58,371 nucleotides of DNA from Lachnospiraceae bacterium (GCA_017393285.1 JAFORL010000106.1:1-58371), one strand, 5' to 3'; counted from the stretch's first letter, positions 37,703 through 49,102 are shown. Notes: a model not told the origin generated them from the sequence alone. Numbers and translations are program-made.

Positions 37703-38071
37703 TTATTTCTTCTTGTTAGCTACTGTACGCTTAGGACCTTTTCTAGTTCTAGCATTTGTCTTTGTCTTCTGTCCACGAACTGGAAGACCTTTTCTATGAC
37801 GAATTCCTCTATAACATCCGATTTCTTGTAATCTCTTGATGTTCATAGCGATTTCTCTACGCAAATCACCTTCTACTACTTGAGAAGCATCAATTACGTC
37901 ACGAATTCTTGCAACTTCTTCATCTGTTAAATCCTTTACACGTGTGTCTGGATTAACTTTTGCTTCTGCAAGGATACGGTTAGAACTTACTCTACCGATA
38001 CCATACACATAGGTAAGACCTATTTCTACACGTTTTTCTCTTGGTAAATCTACACCACTGATACGAGCCAT
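37703..38071 (-). CDS. rpsM: 30S ribosomal protein S13
   Basis: Start at [26 protein letters not shown] (RBS ggagg 9 nt upstream). The track ORF has a 24-codon spurious extension. Confidence 0.95.
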   Translation of the reverse strand: MARISGVDLPREKRVEIGLTYVYGIGRVSSNRILAEAKVNPDTRVKDLTDEEVARIRDVIDASQVVEGDLRREIAMNIKRLQEIGCYRGIRHRKGLPVRGQKTKTNARTRKGPKRTVANKKK

Positions 38072-38520
38072 GTGCAATAACCTCCATAAAAATATTTGAT
38101 ATAATTTAGTTACTCGACCTACTCGGTCTTGATTCCAATACAAAATGTATCAGATATTCACCAGAACCAAAACGATTGTATCGCCCTCGTTCTTTACGAT
38201 TGACGCAGCAAACAATTGCCATCCGCCCATCGCAACATGATTCTACAACGTTCAACGTTGCTCCAGCCGCTTTAAACCATGCATTAAGAGTAGACCTGAT
38301 TTCAAAATGATTTGTAACTCTTAAAGGCAACTCGATGAAAATGACATCTGTCGCTACAGTGAATCAAACTGTCCACAGTATCACAATTTTGTACATCACA
38401 ACCGTATGTACTGCCATGCGAGGCATTGTAACACAAAAAGCAAAAACAATTTATATATATTTGAAACCACCAAATCCACAGTTGCAAAGGCTTCTATGTA
38501 CTTCTGGTTTCTGAAAAATA

Positions 38521-38634
38521 TTAACCTTGTCTTTGTTTGTGTCTAGGATTTTCGCAGATTACTCTAACTCTGCCTTTTCTTCTAATGATTTTGCATTTTT
38601 CGCAAATCGGTTTTACTGATGATCTTACTTTCAC
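38521..38634 (-). CDS. rpmJ: 50S ribosomal protein L36 (37 aa, GTG start; too short for the ORF track)
   Basis: Own translation: (V/M)[36 protein letters not shown], with RBS aaaggagag 6 nt upstream. Confidence 0.9.
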   Translation of the reverse strand: MKVRSSVKPICEKCKIIRRKGRVRVICENPRHKQRQG

Positions 38635-38701
38635 CGTAATCTCTCCTTTCACAAAGTCCATTTGCTATTTTACCACAAAGAAATACAAATTGCAAGTAAT
38701 T

Positions 38702-38920
38702 TTATTTATCTCGCCAAATAATTCTTCCCTTGGATAAATCATATGGAGATAACTCTAAAGTTACCTTATCTCCTGGCAAAATACGAATAAAGTTCATTCT
38801 TAATTTACCACTGATATGTGCCAATACAATGTGTCCATTTTCTAATTCAACTTTGAACATTGCATTTGGAAGTTTTTCCACTACAGTTCCTTCAATTTCT
38901 AATACATCTGCTTTTGACAT
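38702..38920 (-). CDS. infA: Translation initiation factor IF-1
   Basis: Start at [30 protein letters not shown] (RBS aggagg), 72 aa. Confidence 0.95.
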   Translation of the reverse strand: MSKADVLEIEGTVVEKLPNAMFKVELENGHIVLAHISGKLRMNFIRILPGDKVTLELSPYDLSKGRIIWRDK

Positions 38921-39116
38921 TTTATTTCCTCCTATACACTTTCCTGTTCTCTCCATTTTCCTTCTGGAATCATTTCAGCTATATTTTCCTTGGAGCATTT
39001 CCACAACTCACACACTGTGTATGCACTGTAGGAATATCGCACGCCAAACAAAATCCATCTTGCAATTCTTCTATATAAAGGTTATGAGAAAACATGATTA
39101 CATTGTTGTCTGTAAG

Positions 39117-39389
39117 CTAACATGTGGCTTTACTTGAATTATTGATTTTTAGTTGTTTCAACACACGCTTGATTTCTAAATCAGAATAACCTGATGTAGA
39201 TATAGGCAAAATTTGTGCCGCAATAAGCTGTATGTGTTTTTTACTTTTCTTTTTGGGATGTGCTACTGTTTTGTATACACCATCTGCTAAATACAAATAC
39301 TTCGCATCTTCTGCAATTACAATATAAAATACATCCTTATCGTGTCCTGCAATTGCACAAACACAATCTCCAATATTTTGCTTTTGCAT
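39117..39389 (-). CDS. Small KOW-domain RNA-binding protein, of the kind commonly found between map and infA in Clostridia
   Basis: 90 aa. GDCVCAIAGHDKDVFYIVI (KOW-like), basic PKKKSKKH tract. The call rests on position in the operon. Confidence 0.6.
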   Translation of the reverse strand: MQKQNIGDCVCAIAGHDKDVFYIVIAEDAKYLYLADGVYKTVAHPKKKSKKHIQLIAAQILPISTSGYSDLEIKRVLKQLKINNSSKATC

Positions 39390-39487
39390 ACTTCACCTTC
39401 CATACTTTAACTGCACCCAGCCTTTTATGCACAATAGAAAACTGTCATAGCTGTCCATTTTGTATCAGAAAAGACCAACAGGTAGTT

Positions 39488-40243
39488 TTACACCAATGAT
39501 AAAATCACAGGTTCATCTTCTGTAATTAATATAGTATTTTCATAGTGTGCTGACAAAGAACCATCTTGCGTTACAACAGTCCAGTCATCTTCCAGCCACC
39601 AAATATCATAACTTCCTGCATTTACCATAGGTTCTACAGCTAAGGTCATTCCCGGTACCAAACGTGGACCGCGACCTCTGGTTTTGTAATTCGGTATTTC
39701 AGGTTCTTCGTGTAATCTTGCGCCGATACCATGTCCAACCAAATCTCTCACTACAGAAAATCCATTGCTTTCCACATATTTTTGTATTTTTTCGGAAATA
39801 TCATGCAAATAATTTCCTGCTTTTGCACAAGTAATTCCCTGAAAAAAACTTTCTTGTGTGACATCAATTAACTTTTGTGCTTCTTCTGAAATCTGTCCCA
39901 CTGCATGTGTTCTTGCTGCATCAGAATGATATCCCTGATAAATCACACCAGCATCCAGACTTACTATATTTCCTTCTCGCAAAATATGTTTTTTATTTGG
40001 TATTCCATGTACTACCTCATCATCAATAGAAACACAAATAGAGCCAGGATATCCTTCATAGTTTAAAAATGATGGTTCACAACCAAAACTTTTAATAATC
40101 TCATATCCTTTTTGGTCAATATCCCAGGTTGATATTCCTGGTCTGATAAAAGCTGCAAGCTCATCATGTACAATAGACAAGATTCTACCTGCTTCTTTCA
40201 TTTTTGCAATCTCATCCGCAGATTTAATTGAAATACCTGACAT
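39488..40243 (-). CDS. map: Type I methionine aminopeptidase
   Basis: 251 aa. Metal ligands in VSLDAGVIYQGYHSDAARTH...VGHGIG...LAVEP...HYENT. Confidence 0.95.
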   Translation of the reverse strand: MSGISIKSADEIAKMKEAGRILSIVHDELAAFIRPGISTWDIDQKGYEIIKSFGCEPSFLNYEGYPGSICVSIDDEVVHGIPNKKHILREGNIVSLDAGVIYQGYHSDAARTHAVGQISEEAQKLIDVTQESFFQGITCAKAGNYLHDISEKIQKYVESNGFSVVRDLVGHGIGARLHEEPEIPNYKTRGRGPRLVPGMTLAVEPMVNAGSYDIWWLEDDWTVVTQDGSLSAHYENTILITEDEPVILSLV

Positions 40244-40245
40244 AA

Positions 40246-40890
40246 TTACACCTCTAAAATTCCAACAATGTCAGTGAATACTTTTGCCATATCCTGTGTA
40301 CCATCAACAGTCTTAAGGATATTCTTTTCTGTATAATAAGCAATCAAAGGTTGTGTTTGTGCGTGATATACTTCTAAACGATTCTTAACGGTTTCTGGTT
40401 GATCATCATCTCTTAAAATCAACTTTCCGCCACATGCATCACAAACGCCTTCTACTTTTGTAGGATTAAATTCTACATGGTAAGTACCACCACAAGAAAC
40501 GCAAGCACGTCTACCAGACATACGATTGATGATATTATCATCCGGTACATCTACATCAATTGCAAAATCAACTTTTTCATTGATTTTTTCTAATGCAGCA
40601 TCCAATGCCTCTGCCTGTGGAATTGTTCTTGGGAAACCATCTAATACATATCCATTTTTAGCGTCTGCTTGTGAGATACGGTCTACAACCAAATCACAAA
40701 CCAATTCATCAGGCACTAATTCACCTTTATCCATATATGCTTTTGCTTTTTTTCCTAATTCTGTTCCTTCTTTGATGTTGGCTCTAAAAATATCACCTGT
40801 AGAAATATGTGGGATAGCATACTTTTCTGCAATTTTCTTTGCCTGTGTACCTTTTCCTGCACCTGGTGCTCCTAACATAATAATCTTCAT
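40246..40890 (-). CDS. adk: Adenylate kinase (zinc-lid form)
   Basis: Start at [16 protein letters not shown]. Lid CVSCGGTYH...CDACGG. Confidence 0.95.
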   Translation of the reverse strand: MKIIMLGAPGAGKGTQAKKIAEKYAIPHISTGDIFRANIKEGTELGKKAKAYMDKGELVPDELVCDLVVDRISQADAKNGYVLDGFPRTIPQAEALDAALEKINEKVDFAIDVDVPDDNIINRMSGRRACVSCGGTYHVEFNPTKVEGVCDACGGKLILRDDDQPETVKNRLEVYHAQTQPLIAYYTEKNILKTVDGTQDMAKVFTDIVGILEV

Positions 40891-40978
40891 AATCATTCTC
40901 CTATCTGTTTAAAACATTTTGCAATCCTTCAGCCAGATCGCCAAACGTCTTCTCCAACTGAAATATAGCCACAAATAA

Positions 40979-41012
40979 ATTTAGCTGTAGTTGCACGCAA
41001 CTACAGCTAAAT
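40979..41012. terminator. Perfect palindrome with 16-bp arms between secY and adk (intra-operon hairpin or attenuator)
   Basis: atttagctgtagttgc ac gcaactacagctaaat. On the operon strand it is followed by ttatttgtgg. Confidence 0.45.
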
Positions 41013-41023
41013 GAATTCGGCAA

Positions 41024-42361
41024 CTATTCGCTCAAAAATCCTCTATAATGACGCACAAGCATTTGTGAGTCAATTTGCTTAAGTGTTTCAAGTACAACAC
41101 CAACAATAATAATCAGCGAAGTACCACCAAAGGATACATTGGCACCAAAGGCACCTGAGAAAATAATCGGTAATACTGCCACGATTGTTAATCCAACCGC
41201 ACCGATAAAGATTACATAATTTAATACTTTTGTCAAATAGTCTGTGGTTGGTTTACCAGGACGAATACCTGGAATAAATCCTCCCTGTTTCTTCATGTTA
41301 TTCGCAACTTCAATTGGGTTAAATGTAACTGAAGTATAGAAATAAGCAAAGAAAATAATTAAAACAATATAAACTAGTAATCCCAATGTATATTTAAATT
41401 CGTAAATATTCTTTACATTGCACCAATCATTTTGGTTACAAACTTTCAAGAATTTTTGGAATAATGTTGCACTTGAACCAGAAGCAGGTGCAATACCAAA
41501 GAAACTAGCAATAACAATTGGGAATGACAACAAAGAACCTGCAAAAATTACAGGGATAACACCTGCTGTATTTACCTTCAAAGGAATATGTGAAGATTGT
41601 CCTCCAACCATTTTTCTTCCTTGTAATTTCTTTGCATATTGTACTGAAATTCTTCTTTCTGCATCAGATAACAAAACAATAAATGCTACCAATGCTACCA
41701 AAATTGCAACAATTAAAACTCCCGCAGTGACTTTACCAGCAGGACTGGTAGCGCCAACTACATACTTATTGTAAAGCGATAACATATCTTCTGGAATTCT
41801 AGAAAGAATATTAATCAACAAGATAATTGATATACCATTTCCGACACCTTTTTCCGTAATTCTTTCTCCAAGCCACATTAAGAATGTAGCACCTGCTGTC
41901 AATGAAACAACACTGATAATTACGGCTGTTACACCAAATCCGTCTTCAAAGTATCCTTTGTTTCCGAATCCGATTGCCATAGCGGCACTTTCCATAATAG
42001 ATAACATTACAGCCACATAACGTGTCCATTCGTTTATTTTTTTTCTTCCCTCTTCTCCGTCCTTCTGTAATTCTTCCAGACTAGGAATTGCAATTGTCAA
42101 TAATTGCATAATAATTGATGATGTGATATATGGTGTAATACTCAAAGCAAAAACTGACATGGTGGAAAAAGATCCACCAGTCATCGCATTAAAAAAGCTC
42201 AATGCGCTTTGCTCTTGAAACCATTTAGAAAAGTAATCTCTACTTACTCCAGGAATTGGAAGCTGACATCCAATTCTAACTACGATAAGTGCAAAAAAGG
42301 TGTATATGATTTTATTCCTAATATCTTTAACTTTTAAAGCATCACGGAATTTATTTAACAT
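41024..42361 (-). CDS. secY: Preprotein translocase subunit SecY
   Basis: 445 aa, 10-TM profile, conserved position in the spc operon. Confidence 0.95.
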   Translation of the reverse strand: MLNKFRDALKVKDIRNKIIYTFFALIVVRIGCQLPIPGVSRDYFSKWFQEQSALSFFNAMTGGSFSTMSVFALSITPYITSSIIMQLLTIAIPSLEELQKDGEEGRKKINEWTRYVAVMLSIMESAAMAIGFGNKGYFEDGFGVTAVIISVVSLTAGATFLMWLGERITEKGVGNGISIILLINILSRIPEDMLSLYNKYVVGATSPAGKVTAGVLIVAILVALVAFIVLLSDAERRISVQYAKKLQGRKMVGGQSSHIPLKVNTAGVIPVIFAGSLLSFPIVIASFFGIAPASGSSATLFQKFLKVCNQNDWCNVKNIYEFKYTLGLLVYIVLIIFFAYFYTSVTFNPIEVANNMKKQGGFIPGIRPGKPTTDYLTKVLNYVIFIGAVGLTIVAVLPIIFSGAFGANVSFGGTSLIIIVGVVLETLKQIDSQMLVRHYRGFLSE

Positions 42362-42362
42362 A

Positions 42363-42803
42363 TTAGTTCACCTCAGCTTTTCCACCAAGTGCCTGAATCT
42401 TTTCAACAGCTGAAGCACTGAATGCATCAACAGTTACGTCAAGCTTCTTAGTTAATTCTCCATTTCCTAGAATTTTAACTCCATCTTTAGGATTTTTGAT
42501 TACTCCAGCCTCTAACAATGTTTCAACTGTTACAGCTGTACCATCTTCAAAACGATTTAAAACATCTACATTGATTGCAACGATATCTTTAGAGTTTCTG
42601 CATGTGAAACCTCTCTTAGGCAATCTTCTGTATAAAGGCATTTGTCCACCTTCGAAACCTGGTCTTGGTGCTCCTGAACGAGCCTTTTGACCTTTATGTC
42701 CCTTACCTGCAGTCTTTCCGTTTCCTGAACCGTGTCCACGACCTCTTCTAAAGTTGTTGCTATGTTTTGCACCTTCTGCAGGTCTTAATTCTGATAAATT
42801 CAT
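42363..42803 (-). CDS. rplO: 50S ribosomal protein L15
   Basis: Start at [14 protein letters not shown] (RBS aggagg 8 nt upstream). Confidence 0.95.
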   Translation of the reverse strand: MNLSELRPAEGAKHSNNFRRGRGHGSGNGKTAGKGHKGQKARSGAPRPGFEGGQMPLYRRLPKRGFTCRNSKDIVAINVDVLNRFEDGTAVTVETLLEAGVIKNPKDGVKILGNGELTKKLDVTVDAFSASAVEKIQALGGKAEVN

Positions 42804-42826
42804 TGCGTGCACCTCCTAACAATTAA

Positions 42827-43009
42827 TTAGATTTCTTCTACTTTTACTAAATGTCTTACATGCCAAACCATACCTCTAACAGCTTCGTTATCAGGTAATT
42901 CAACTGTTTTATGCATCTTCTTAAGACCTAAAGCTTCAACAGTAGCCTTTTGCTTAGGAATAGCACCGATTGGTGATTTCACTAATGTAATTTTTAATTT
43001 ATTTGCCAT
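42827..43009 (-). CDS. rpmD: 50S ribosomal protein L30
   Basis: 60 aa. KITLVKSPIGAIPKQKATVEALGLKK. Confidence 0.95.
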   Translation of the reverse strand: MANKLKITLVKSPIGAIPKQKATVEALGLKKMHKTVELPDNEAVRGMVWHVRHLVKVEEI

Positions 43010-43241
43010 TCTAAACCTCTTTTCTGCATACCTATGTAGGTATACTACCTACCTTACATACTGACTCAGTAGAACAGTATATAAAACCTCAGCACGCCTG
43101 TACGGAAACAGCATACCAAACGTTATCCTGTTTCTATTATTTGTCAGTATCCATTTACGATTACAAAATAGAGCCGCAGATAACTGTGCCAAGCGTATCC
43201 AATACACTTGGCATCTTCCTGCGATCTGGATACCAGTTTAA

Positions 43242-43751
43242 TTAGTTAAATAATTGATCAACTGAAATTCCACGAAGTTTTGCAACTTCTTCAGGTGTCT
43301 TTAAGCTCTTTAAGCCTTCAATTGTAGCTAATACAACGTTTTGCTTATTGTTTGAGCCCAATGATTTTGTACGAATATTCTTGAAACCTGCTAATTCCAA
43401 TACGGAACGAGCTGGACCACCAGCGATGATACCAGTACCTTCTGGAGACTTCTTCAACAATACTTCTGCACTACCAAATTTTCCAATAAAATCATGTGGT
43501 ACACTACCATTTTCATCCATTGGTAATTCTACTAAACTCTTAATAGCTGCTTCTTTTCCCTTACGAATTGCTTCTGGGATTTCTGCTGCTTTACCTAAAC
43601 CTGCACCAACGTGTCCGTTCTTGTCACCAACAACAACCAAAGCAGTAAATCTCATTGTACGTCCACCTTTTACTACTTTTGTTACACGTTTAATAGTTAC
43701 AACGTTATCTTCTAATTCTAACTGACTAGCATCAACGATTGTACGTTTCAT
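43242..43751 (-). CDS. rpsE: 30S ribosomal protein S5
   Basis: 169 aa. [28 protein letters not shown]. Confidence 0.95.
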   Translation of the reverse strand: MKRTIVDASQLELEDNVVTIKRVTKVVKGGRTMRFTALVVVGDKNGHVGAGLGKAAEIPEAIRKGKEAAIKSLVELPMDENGSVPHDFIGKFGSAEVLLKKSPEGTGIIAGGPARSVLELAGFKNIRTKSLGSNNKQNVVLATIEGLKSLKTPEEVAKLRGISVDQLFN

Positions 43752-43767
43752 GTGTTCTCCTCCTTGC

Positions 43768-44136
43768 TTAGAATTCTAGACCTGCTTCTCTTGCTGCCTC
43801 AGCCAAAGCTTTCACTTTACCCTGATAAATAAATCCTCCTCTATCGAAGACTACAGTAGTGATTCCTTTTGCTTTTGCTTTCTCAGCGATTACTTTACCA
43901 ACATATGCTGCTGCAGCTACGTCATTTGTCTTTTCTAATTCAGCCTTAGCGTCCTTTTCAAGAGTAGATGCTGAAACCAAGGTATTACCAACTGTATCGT
44001 CAATAATTTGAGCATACATATGATTATTACTTCTGAACACAGCTAAACGTGGTCTTTCTGCTGTACCAGCAAAACGATTACGTAATCTATTATGTTTCTT
44101 AACACGAACTTTGCTTCTTGATTCTTTACTAACCAT
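43768..44136 (-). CDS. rplR: 50S ribosomal protein L18
   Basis: 122 aa. [18 protein letters not shown]...[28 protein letters not shown]. Confidence 0.95.
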   Translation of the reverse strand: MVSKESRSKVRVKKHNRLRNRFAGTAERPRLAVFRSNNHMYAQIIDDTVGNTLVSASTLEKDAKAELEKTNDVAAAAYVGKVIAEKAKAKGITTVVFDRGGFIYQGKVKALAEAAREAGLEF

Positions 44137-44155
44137 TCTGTTTTCACTCCTTTAA

Positions 44156-44698
44156 TTATTTCTTACCAGTCTTACCAACTTTACGTCTAATTACTTCATC
44201 AGCATATTTAATACCTTTACCCTTATATGGCTCTGGTTTTCTCTTTTCTCTGATTTCAGCGGCATACTGACCTACTTTTTCTTTGTCGATACCCTTAACA
44301 GTAATCTTGTTTTGTCCATCAAGAACTGTTTCGATACCCTCAGGATCTTCCATCTCTACTGGATGAGAATAACCAAGAGATAAAGTTAATACTTTACCCT
44401 TCTTTGCTGCTCTATATCCAACACCGTTTACTTCAAGAACTTTTTCATAACCATCTGTTACACCAACAATCATGTTGTAAATCAATGTTCTTGTTAATCC
44501 GTGCAAAGATTTCATTTTCTTTAAATCATTTGGTCTTGTGACAACTACTTCAGAACCTTCTAACTTAATTGTCATTTCTGCAGGTAATACTCTTTCAAGT
44601 GTTCCTTTAGGACCTTTTACAGTCACTTTATTATTTTCTGCAATATCAACTGTTACACCAGCTGGTACCGCGATAGGCATTTTTCCTATACGTGACAT
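44156..44698 (-). CDS. rplF: 50S ribosomal protein L6
   Basis: 180 aa. [17 protein letters not shown]... Confidence 0.95.
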   Translation of the reverse strand: MSRIGKMPIAVPAGVTVDIAENNKVTVKGPKGTLERVLPAEMTIKLEGSEVVVTRPNDLKKMKSLHGLTRTLIYNMIVGVTDGYEKVLEVNGVGYRAAKKGKVLTLSLGYSHPVEMEDPEGIETVLDGQNKITVKGIDKEKVGQYAAEIREKRKPEPYKGKGIKYADEVIRRKVGKTGKK

Positions 44699-44743
44699 GC
44701 CCGCACCTCCTATATATTCTAAATATCAATTACGTTGGAATGA

Positions 44744-45145
44744 TTACCAAACAAATGCTAATACTTCTCCACCAACGTTTTCTCTTCTAGCTTCTTTATC
44801 TGTTAATACGCCTTTGTTTGTAGAAATGATTGCAACTCCAAGACCACCAAGTACTCTAGGAAGTTCTTCAACATTTGCATACACACGAAGACCTGGCTTA
44901 GAAATTCTCTTTAATCCAGTGATAATCTTTTCATTCTTATCCTTACCATACTTTAATGTAATGTGGATAGATTTGAAACCGCCAACTTCTTCAATATCAA
45001 ACTTCTTGATGTAACCCTCTTTTAAAAGGATTTCAGCAATAGCTATCTTCATTTTTGAAGCAGGTACATCTACTGTATCATGTTTAGCAGTATTTGCATT
45101 ACGAATTCTTGTAAGCATATCTGCGATTGGATCGCTCATTGTCAT
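44744..45145 (-). CDS. rpsH: 30S ribosomal protein S8
   Basis: Start at [17 protein letters not shown] (RBS aaggagg 9 nt upstream). Confidence 0.95.
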   Translation of the reverse strand: MTMSDPIADMLTRIRNANTAKHDTVDVPASKMKIAIAEILLKEGYIKKFDIEEVGGFKSIHITLKYGKDKNEKIITGLKRISKPGLRVYANVEELPRVLGGLGVAIISTNKGVLTDKEARRENVGGEVLAFVW

Positions 45146-45248
45146 GTGATTTTGCCTCCTTATAAAAACTAGAAAACTCTCGCGTTTCCCCACGGCTCAT
45201 TTGGCCAGCATAACAATTGTTATGCCAGTCTATGAGACTCTATATATT

Positions 45249-45434
45249 TTACCAACTTGCTTTCTTTACACCTGGGATCTGTCCTTTGTAAGCTAACTCA
45301 CGGAAGCAAATTCTGCAGATTCCGTATTTTCTTAAATATGCATGTGGACGACCACAAATTCTACAACGGTTATATTCTCTTGTTGAGAATTTAGCAGGAC
45401 GTTGCTGCTTAACCTTCATTGATGTTTTAGCCAT
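45249..45434 (-). CDS. rpsN: 30S ribosomal protein S14, type Z (zinc-binding, 61 aa)
   Basis: [23 protein letters not shown] (CxxC...CxxC). Confidence 0.95.
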   Translation of the reverse strand: MAKTSMKVKQQRPAKFSTREYNRCRICGRPHAYLRKYGICRICFRELAYKGQIPGVKKASW

Positions 45435-45450
45435 GAATTTCCCTCCTAAA

Positions 45451-45993
45451 CTATTTCTTGAAAGGCATTCCGAATTGTGTTAATAATTCGCGTGCCTCTT
45501 CATCTGTTTGAGCAGTTGTTACAAAGATAATATCCATTCCTCTAACCTTGTCAACTTTATCGTATTCAATTTCAGGGAATATCAATTGTTCTTTGATTCC
45601 AAGTGCATAGTTTCCTCTACCATCAAATGCATTTGGATTTACACCTCTAAAGTCACGTACACGAGGTAATGCTAAGTTGATAAGACGATCAGCAAATTCG
45701 TACATCTTATCTCCTCTTAAAGTAACCTTACATCCAATTGGCATTCCTTCTCTGATTTTGAAGTTAGCCACAGATTTCTTTGCTCTAGTTAATACAGCTT
45801 TTTGACCTGCAATAATTTCTAAATCACGAACAGCTGTTTCTAAAACTTTTGCATTATCCTTTGCTTCACCAACACCCATGTTGATTACAATTTTATCTAA
45901 CTTTGGTACTTGCATTACGTTCTTGTATCCGAACTTCTTTGTCATACCATCAACGATTTCATTTAAATATGTTTCTTTTAATCTACTAGCCAA
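45451..45993 (-). CDS. rplE: 50S ribosomal protein L5
   Basis: 180 aa; conserved position and sequence (LPRVRDFRG). Confidence 0.95.
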   Translation of the reverse strand: MASRLKETYLNEIVDGMTKKFGYKNVMQVPKLDKIVINMGVGEAKDNAKVLETAVRDLEIIAGQKAVLTRAKKSVANFKIREGMPIGCKVTLRGDKMYEFADRLINLALPRVRDFRGVNPNAFDGRGNYALGIKEQLIFPEIEYDKVDKVRGMDIIFVTTAQTDEEARELLTQFGMPFKK

Positions 45994-46016
45994 TGTTGTG
46001 TACCTCCTTTCCTGGA

Positions 46017-46322
46017 TTAATCAATAACTTCGCCTGTTGCCTTTGCAACACGAACTTTTTTACCGTCCTTCATTTCAAAACCAATTCTTGATGGTGTATT
46101 ATTGCTTAAGTACATAACATTAGAAATGTCAATTGGTGCTTCCATTTCAATAATACCACCATTAGGATTAGCCTGGCTTGGCTTAGCATGTTTTTTAACT
46201 TTGTTTACGCCTTCAACGATTACTTTATCATTTTTAACGCTGACTACAGTACCCTTTTCGCCTTTGTTTTTACCAGCGATTACAACTACTTGGTCACCTT
46301 TTTTAATCTTACTAGTTGCCAT
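46017..46322 (-). CDS. rplX: 50S ribosomal protein L24
   Basis: Start at ATG 46322 ([21 protein letters not shown]; RBS aaggagg 8 nt upstream). Confidence 0.95.
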   Translation of the reverse strand: MATSKIKKGDQVVVIAGKNKGEKGTVVSVKNDKVIVEGVNKVKKHAKPSQANPNGGIIEMEAPIDISNVMYLSNNTPSRIGFEMKDGKKVRVAKATGEVID

Positions 46323-46335
46323 TACCGACACCTCC

Positions 46336-46704
46336 TTATAATACTTCTGGTGCTAAAGAAACAATCTTCATGAACTGCTTCTCTCTAAGCTCTCTAGCAA
46401 CAGGTCCAAAAATACGAGTTCCTCTTGGATTCTTATCATCCTTGATGATAACTGCTGCGTTCTCATCAAATTTGATATATGAACCATCTTTACGACGTGC
46501 ACCCTTTACAGTACGTACAACAACAGCTTTAACTACATCACCCTTTTTAACAACTCCGCCTGGTGTTGCATCTTTAACCGTAGCAACGATTACATCACCA
46601 ATGTTGGCATATCTTCTAGTTGAACCACCCATAACACGGATGCAAAGTAATTCTTTTGCACCAGTATTGTCAGCAACTTTAAGTCTTGATTCTTGTTGGA
46701 TCAT
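46336..46704 (-). CDS. rplN: 50S ribosomal protein L14
   Basis: Start at [17 protein letters not shown] (RBS aaaggag). Confidence 0.95.
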   Translation of the reverse strand: MIQQESRLKVADNTGAKELLCIRVMGGSTRRYANIGDVIVATVKDATPGGVVKKGDVVKAVVVRTVKGARRKDGSYIKFDENAAVIIKDDKNPRGTRIFGPVARELREKQFMKIVSLAPEVL

Positions 46705-46743
46705 GTCAATACTCCTTTCAGAATAATCATTCAATGTGCAAAA

Positions 46744-46998
46744 TTATTTTGCTCTTTCGATAACTTCTACAAGTCTCCATCTCTTGTCCTTAGACAATGG
46801 TCTTGTTTCCATAACTTTTACTGTATCTCCAATGTTGCATTCATTGTTTTCGTCATGAGCTTTCAATTTATATGTTCTCTTAACGATCTTGTTGTAAAGT
46901 GGATGCTTTACGTTATCAACAATAGCAACTACGATTGTTTTGTCCATTTTATTACTAAGTACTTTACCAGTACGAGTTTTTCTTAAATTTCTTTCCAC
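46744..46998 (-). CDS. rpsQ: 30S ribosomal protein S17
   Basis: GTG start at 46998 preceded by aaaggaga. (M)[23 protein letters not shown]. Confidence 0.9.
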   Translation of the reverse strand: MERNLRKTRTGKVLSNKMDKTIVVAIVDNVKHPLYNKIVKRTYKLKAHDENNECNIGDTVKVMETRPLSKDKRWRLVEVIERAK

Positions 46999-47045
46999 AA
47001 CAATATCTCCTTTCAAAAATTCCTACCCAAAAATTAAGCAGGTCA

Positions 47046-47255
47046 TTATTTTGCAACCTTAGACTGAGCAGAAATTACAGTTTGAATTCTTGCGATATTC
47101 TTTCTAACTTCTTTGATTCTGCTAGTATTGTCTAATTGATTTGTTGCGTTCTGGAATCTTAAGTTGAAAAGTTCCTTCTTAGCAGCTACTAATTCATCGT
47201 TCAATTCTGCTACCGACTTATTCATTAAATCTTCTACAAACTTCTTACTCTTCAC
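47046..47255 (-). CDS. rpmC: 50S ribosomal protein L29
   Basis: GTG start at 47255 preceded by gaaggagg. (M)[34 protein letters not shown]. Overlaps the rplP stop. Confidence 0.9.
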   Translation of the reverse strand: MKSKKFVEDLMNKSVAELNDELVAAKKELFNLRFQNATNQLDNTSRIKEVRKNIARIQTVISAQSKVAK

Positions 47256-47682
47256 TGCTAGCACCTCCTTCTAAATCTGCACGAGATACAACTTTACACT
47301 TAACTGGCAACTTATGTGTTGCAAGACGTAAAGCTTCTCTTGCTGTTTCTTCAGGAACGCCGGAAATTTCGAACATAACACGTCCTGGTTTAACTACAGC
47401 TACCCAATACTCTAATGTTCCTTTACCAGAACCCATACGAGTTTCAGCAGGCTTAGCTGTAACTGGCTTATCAGGGAAAATCTTAATCCAAACCTTACCA
47501 CCACGCTTGATGTAACGAGTCATAGCAATACGTGCTGCTTCGATTTGATTAGATTTAATCCACGCTGGCTCTAAAGCAACAATACCAAATTCGCCGTTTG
47601 TAATCTTGTTTCCGCGTAATGCTTTACCTCTCATAGTACCACGGAACTGTTTACGACGTTTTACTCTCTTAGGCATTAACAT
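47245..47682 (-). CDS. rplP: 50S ribosomal protein L16
   Basis: [15 protein letters not shown]... Confidence 0.95.
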   Translation of the reverse strand: MLMPKRVKRRKQFRGTMRGKALRGNKITNGEFGIVALEPAWIKSNQIEAARIAMTRYIKRGGKVWIKIFPDKPVTAKPAETRMGSGKGTLEYWVAVVKPGRVMFEISGVPEETAREALRLATHKLPVKCKVVSRADLEGGASSEE

Positions 47683-48341
47683 TATTTATCGCTCCCTTCC
47701 TTTTTTCCTGCTTTTGTTGGAAGTACTTCACCTTGGTAAATCCAAACTTTTACGCCCATTTTACCATAAGTTGTATCAGCTTCAGCAAAACCATATCCGA
47801 TGTCAGCACGCAATGTTTGCATAGGTACTGTACCTTCGTTATATGCTTCTGTACGAGCCATATCAGCTCCACCAAGACGACCAGAAACAGCTGTCTTAAT
47901 ACCCTTAGCACCAGCTTTTCTAGCTCTACCCATTGTAGACTTCATAGCACGTCTGAAAGGAATACGATTTTCTAATTGTGTTGCAATGTTTTCTGCAACA
48001 AGCTGTGCATCCATATCTGGTTTCTTAACTTCTTTGATATCAACCATAAGCTTCTTGTCAGTATACTTAACTAACTCAGCTTTTAATTTTTCGATTTCAG
48101 AACCACCTTTACCAATTACAACACCTGGCTTAGCTGTGTAAATGATAACTTTCACGCGCTCTGCAGTTCTTTCAATCTCAATCTTTGAAATTCCAGCGCT
48201 ATATAATTTATTCTTTAAGAATTTTCTAATATTGTAATCTTCTACTAAGTAATCTGCAAAATCATCTTCTGCATACCATTTTGAGTCCCAGTCTTTAATA
48301 ACTCCGACTCTTAACCCATGAGGATTAACTTTCTGTCCCAT
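47682..48341 (-). CDS. rpsC: 30S ribosomal protein S3
   Basis: [24 protein letters not shown]... Confidence 0.95.
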   Translation of the reverse strand: MGQKVNPHGLRVGVIKDWDSKWYAEDDFADYLVEDYNIRKFLKNKLYSAGISKIEIERTAERVKVIIYTAKPGVVIGKGGSEIEKLKAELVKYTDKKLMVDIKEVKKPDMDAQLVAENIATQLENRIPFRRAMKSTMGRARKAGAKGIKTAVSGRLGGADMARTEAYNEGTVPMQTLRADIGYGFAEADTTYGKMGVKVWIYQGEVLPTKAGKKEGSDK

Positions 48342-48352
48342 GATTGACCTCC

Positions 48353-48742
48353 TTATCTTTCATCAAGAATAACAGTAATATGACTCATTCTCTTTTCGAT
48401 TCTGTAAGCTCTACCCTGTGCTCTTGGCTTAACTCTCTTCATTGTTGGTCCCTTATCTGCATAACAAGCTGCAATATAAAGGTTTTCTGGGTTCATTCCA
48501 TTATTATTTTCAGCATTTGCGATTGCTGATTTTAATAATTTCTCTATTAAACTTGAAGCATATCTAGGGTTATATGCCAAAATACCAAGTGCTGTGTTTA
48601 CATCCTTGCCTCTGATTGCGTCTAATACGAAACAAGCCTTCTGTACTGAAACTCTTGCGTAAGATAACTTAGCTGATGGTCTCATATCCTTATTTTGCTC
48701 ATTTCTTTCTCTCTTAATCTGGGATCTATGTCCTTTTGCCAT
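48353..48742 (-). CDS. rplV: 50S ribosomal protein L22
   Basis: 129 aa; conserved position between rpsS and rpsC. Confidence 0.95.
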   Translation of the reverse strand: MAKGHRSQIKRERNEQNKDMRPSAKLSYARVSVQKACFVLDAIRGKDVNTALGILAYNPRYASSLIEKLLKSAIANAENNNGMNPENLYIAACYADKGPTMKRVKPRAQGRAYRIEKRMSHITVILDER

Positions 48743-48786
48743 GGATGAAACCTCCTTTCAAATAATCCTTATATCAATACGAATAA

Positions 48787-49065
48787 TTATCTCTTACCTT
48801 TTCTTTCGTCTTTATCATGACCTTTATATGTTCTTGTTGCAACAAACTCTCCAAGCTTGTGTCCAACCATATCCTCTGTCACATATACAGGTACATGTCT
48901 TCTACCATCATGAACAGCAAATGTGTGTCCAACGAATTTTGGAAAAATAGTAGAACGACGTGACCAAGTCTTGATAACCTGCTTATCATTTGCTGCATCT
49001 AAAGCATCTACTTTCTTAAGTAAGCTCTTATCAGCAAAAGGTCCCTTCTTTAATGAACGTGCCAT
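48787..49065 (-). CDS. rpsS: 30S ribosomal protein S19
   Basis: [19 protein letters not shown]...[23 protein letters not shown]. Confidence 0.95.
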   Translation of the reverse strand: MARSLKKGPFADKSLLKKVDALDAANDKQVIKTWSRRSTIFPKFVGHTFAVHDGRRHVPVYVTEDMVGHKLGEFVATRTYKGHDKDERKGKR

Positions 49066-49102
49066 AGGTTTTAACCTCCTTCAATCTATCTGTCAAAGTC
49101 TA

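Noticed and set aside
38106-38487. Two Cys-rich small ORFs (74 and 61 aa) in the rpmJ-rpsM insert
   Set aside because: Both need TTG starts and lack a Shine-Dalgarno sequence. They overlap each other, and I recognise no motif. They are kept only as part of the non-coding insert finding.
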